From Lama guanicoe (Eukaryota): a stretch of 25,857 nucleotides of DNA. The stretch covers positions 806,001 to 831,857 of the forward strand of contig MU054098.1 of NCBI GenBank assembly GCA_013239625.1, read 5' to 3'. The notes beneath the pieces are model-generated. The model saw only the letters and a program-made list of their open reading frames with translations, did not search any database and was not told the DNA's origin. Made by a program: the position numbers and the translations under genes. Below, piece by piece: positions 22,973 through 25,857 of the stretch (within the stretch, counting starts at the first letter, position 1; each line of letters begins with the position of its first letter).

Positions 22973-23574
22973 AGCTAGCTCCCTCCAGGTTTCATCAATA
23001 ACATGAATTTCTTTACCACAGTAGAGATCACTAACTATTGCTACGTCTTTTATTTGGAAATATCGAGGCCTTTTACCTCTTGTATCTTTGCTTACCCTTT
23101 TTTGGGCTTTTCTTACTTCACAGAATCTGTTTCCAAGATTTTGACTTTCCTTGGCATCCCATTCCTAAAACTCTGGATAGGTTGGTGTTTTTCAGAATGT
23201 AAAATATTTGGAGAACTTCATTCATCATTGTAGCACAATGCAGAGAATTGCTAGAAATTAAATTCTCTATGGAAATATGACTAGAGTAACTCAACATCTT
23301 CAAAAGCTCCAATCATTTTGGAGGAATCACTAACCGTGAAAGCAGAGATCACATTGTCTTATTCTTTAATACCCACACTAGAATTCTCGCTATCTCAAGG
23401 CGGAAGAGAAGGTTTCAAATCTCGATAAATGTTCTCACCCAAACATACAAATTTCATTAGGATAAAATTGTGAGTTTCTCTATACAGGATTTGAAATATG
23501 ACTCAGTTGAATTTGGCTCTGTAATGAAAATGCACCAGCAGAACATTTAAGGTCTATTCTCATAGCAAATGTCA

Positions 23575-23685
23575 AATATATAATACAGTATTGTTAAAAA
23601 TAATCACCATGCTGTAAATTAGATTCCAGAACTTACCCATTTTAAAACAGGGATTTTGCACCCTTGACCAACATCTCCCCATGCA
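23575..23685 (-). mobile_element. Old L1MA/L1MB-like LINE-1 3' end fragment
   Basis: 'taatacagtattgttaaaaataatcaccatgctgtaaattagattccagaacttacccat...ttgcacccttgaccaacatctccccat' matches the recalled late-L1MA 3' terminus in antisense. Confidence 0.75.
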
Positions 23686-23699
23686 GCTTCTCATTATAA

Positions 23700-23941
23700 T
23701 TGTAGGGCTATTTGTTGTGGAGTTTACCATGGTTCTGGGAGGAGGAGGATGGGACTACAGCAAATGAAAATCCACAAAGCACTCTCTTCTTGAATAAACA
23801 CTCCCTTGATATTTCCAAGTTTTGGTTAAGTTTCAGAGTTCTAGAAAAGTTGATTTGAAAACTTTTGCTAATATTCTAATATCTTTTACTGAGGAGAAAA
23901 TTTTTTGAAAGGTTTTCCTCTGCCATTCTTGTTGACATCAT
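23700..23941 (-). mobile_element. Old L1M 5' end fragment
   Basis: 'ttcttgaataaacactccc...ttttggttaagtttcagagttctagaaaagttgatttgaaaacttttgc...gaggagaaaattttttgaaagg...ctctgccattcttgttgacatca' resembles the antisense extreme 5' end of L1M4/L1MB elements. Confidence 0.65.
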
Positions 23942-23984
23942 TCAAAGATTCATATTTTTCACTATGGATGTAGAATTGATGTTT

Positions 23985-24275
23985 TTTTTTTTTTCATTTT
24001 CACTTAGTTCAGTGTATTTTTTTTTTATTTCTACGAGACTTTCTCTTTGACTCATACATTATTTAGAGATGTGTTGTGTAGTTTCCTAGTGTTTGGAGAT
24101 TTTCCTCTTTCTGTTTTTGATATTCAGTTTGATTTCATTGTGGTTAGAGTATACACTCTGTTTGATTTCAGCTCTTTTAAATATATTGAGGTTTGTTTTA
24201 TGGCCCATTCTATCTTGTTATATGTTCTCTGGGGACCTGAAAACTTTATTTGCTCTGCCATTATTTGGTAGATTA
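23985..24275 (-). mobile_element. Ancient L1M ORF2 fragment (end of the endonuclease region)
   Basis: 'tctctttgactcatacattatttagagatgtgttgtgtagtttcc...gatttcattgtggttagagtatacactctgtttgatttcagctcttttaaatatattgaggtttgttttatggccca' is homologous to 10620-10900 of this window. Confidence 0.75.
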
Positions 24276-24699
24276 TTGGCTCATTGCTATTGGGTTTGTC
24301 ACTGTTTCTTAGCCTTTACCATGGACAAAACTGGTCTACAGAATTTTTGTTTGATCCCTTTACCTTACATCTTTATTTTTCCCATGCCAAGAATCTCATT
24401 TCTCAATGATAAAGAGGATGACAGAATTAAATATCCCTCATTTGTTTTATATCACAATATCCATACTCCAGTCTCAGAAAACAATACTAACATTATTATT
24501 TACAGTACAATTACTGAATATAATTTAAGATTTGTGTTGCAGTTATATTCTTCCTTAGGTTTTACCTCATTAGGGATATTTAATCATATTACTGTTTTAA
24601 TGTCACTTCATTTAATGTTTTAATGTACTTTACTGTGTTGTTAGGGCACCAATAGGGTAAAAATATAGTTTCTTTTAAAAAATGTTTCTATGGATTTTT

Positions 24700-25700
24700 A
24701 AATTTTGGGGGGTGTTTATAACTATATGCAATGTTATGTGGTTCTAAAATCAAATACAGAAAACAAGATATTCTTAAGAAGACTACCTTTTATTTCTTCC
24801 CCTTTGTCTTATTTTCTCCCACCTCCTATCAGTAACCATTTAAAAGTGTATGGTATGTCCTTCCATTGTATGTTTAATATGAGTATAGTATATTTTAAGT
24901 ATTTAGGATTGTTTGCTTTTAATTTGTATCTTGATAGCAATATCTTTACATAATACTGTTCCATCCTATTTTGGGACATAGAATATTAATTCCCTACTAT
25001 GAACAATTTAGAATTAGCTAATAATCTCTTCTTTCTCATTTCTTTTCACTAGAATTTAAATTACAGTCACATCATTATATTCATGGTCAATACTATATGG
25101 GAACAACAAGTTTATTATAATTCTCTATTTTTTGTAAGCTCTCTCCATTGTCTCCCTCTTTCTTTACAGTTGTACTGTATCTAAATCGTTAGACCATATA
25201 GTCACTGTATACCACATTCTATACTTTCACAATTTTATTCCATCTTAGTTAAATGGTAAAGACAAATTTAAAGCTCACCACCAGTCTGTAGGTGGATGTC
25301 TATCCATTCATAAGTTATACATGATAGTTCCGCCTAGCAGTTTGTCTGTAGGCTTCATAAATTGAAAAATCAGTTTGATTAGATATCAAATCCTTGGTTT
25401 AATTTTTTTTGAGTATATTAAGTATATTACTCCTTTCTCCCTTTTGATATTTGACACTGCTCTTGAAATGGCTGATGATAACTTGATTTGACTTATTAAT
25501 TTTGCCCAGATGGATATTTTTCTTGCTTCTTTAACATAAAATATTTTTTACTAGTAAATGTCTCAAGGTTGGCTCTTAACTCAGTTTTCCCAGAAACATG
25601 ATGTGCCCTTTCAATACATAGTTCCAAGATTCTGTTTTTATTTTTAAAGGAAAGTTTTATTGAGTTACAATTTATAATATCTGTGATGTTCCATTCTAGT
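24700..25700 (-). mobile_element. HAL1 / ancient L1ME-like element: ORF1 remnant and 3' region (left boundary uncertain, may extend to ~24330)
   Basis: Minus-strand ORF 25496-25711 contains IERAHHVSGK (L1 ORF1p RRM motif IERAHR). DNA 'ttttcccagaaacatgatgtgccctttcaatacatag' and 'aggaaagttttattgagttaca' resemble recalled HAL1. Confidence 0.65.
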
Positions 25701-25857
25701 TTTTTTAACATTTTTTATTGATTTATAATCATTTTACAATGTTGTGTCAAATTCCAGTGTTCAGCACAATTTTTCAGTCATTCGTGGACATATACACACT
25801 CATTGTCACATTTTTTTCTCTGTGATTTATCATAACATTTTGTGTATATTTCCCTGT
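25700..25857 (-). mobile_element. Young lineage-specific (camelid-like) LINE-1 3' end, runs off the window
   Basis: 'ttttttaacattttttattgatttataatcattttacaatgttgtgtcaaattccagtgttcagcacaatttttcagtcat...ttccctgt' is clearly homologous to 6479-6630. Confidence 0.88.

Noticed and set aside
24093..24623. Longest ORF in the track (176 aa, hydrophobic)
   Set aside because: It begins within antisense ancient L1 sequence, and its composition reflects T-richness rather than coding selection.
1..25857. Prokaryotic-type systems (operons, CRISPR, defence islands) or a novel multi-gene system
   Set aside because: The sequence is repeat-rich mammalian non-coding DNA with no gene-dense region or repeat-spacer array.

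Overview
This is AT-rich, CpG-depleted mammalian genomic DNA, intronic or intergenic. It is probably from a camelid or other artiodactyl, inferred from the style of the young L1 3' ends. I can support no protein-coding gene, RNA gene or CRISPR array. The ORF track is mostly chance ORFs or decayed retroelement frames. Recognisable content is an ERV-L pol remnant (RNase H/integrase), many LINE-1/HAL1 fragments (all on the minus strand), an MLT1F-like MaLR solo LTR, L2, MIR and MamSINE1-like relics, and microsatellites. The main structural feature is a ~2.16 kb head-to-tail duplication (5166-7324 and 7325-9490) whose first copy contains a 186-N gap. It is either a very recent CNV or an assembly artefact. 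Two L1 insertions keep informative target-site duplications. I found no convincing novel biological system. All repeat family names come from recalled consensus similarity, not from a database search.
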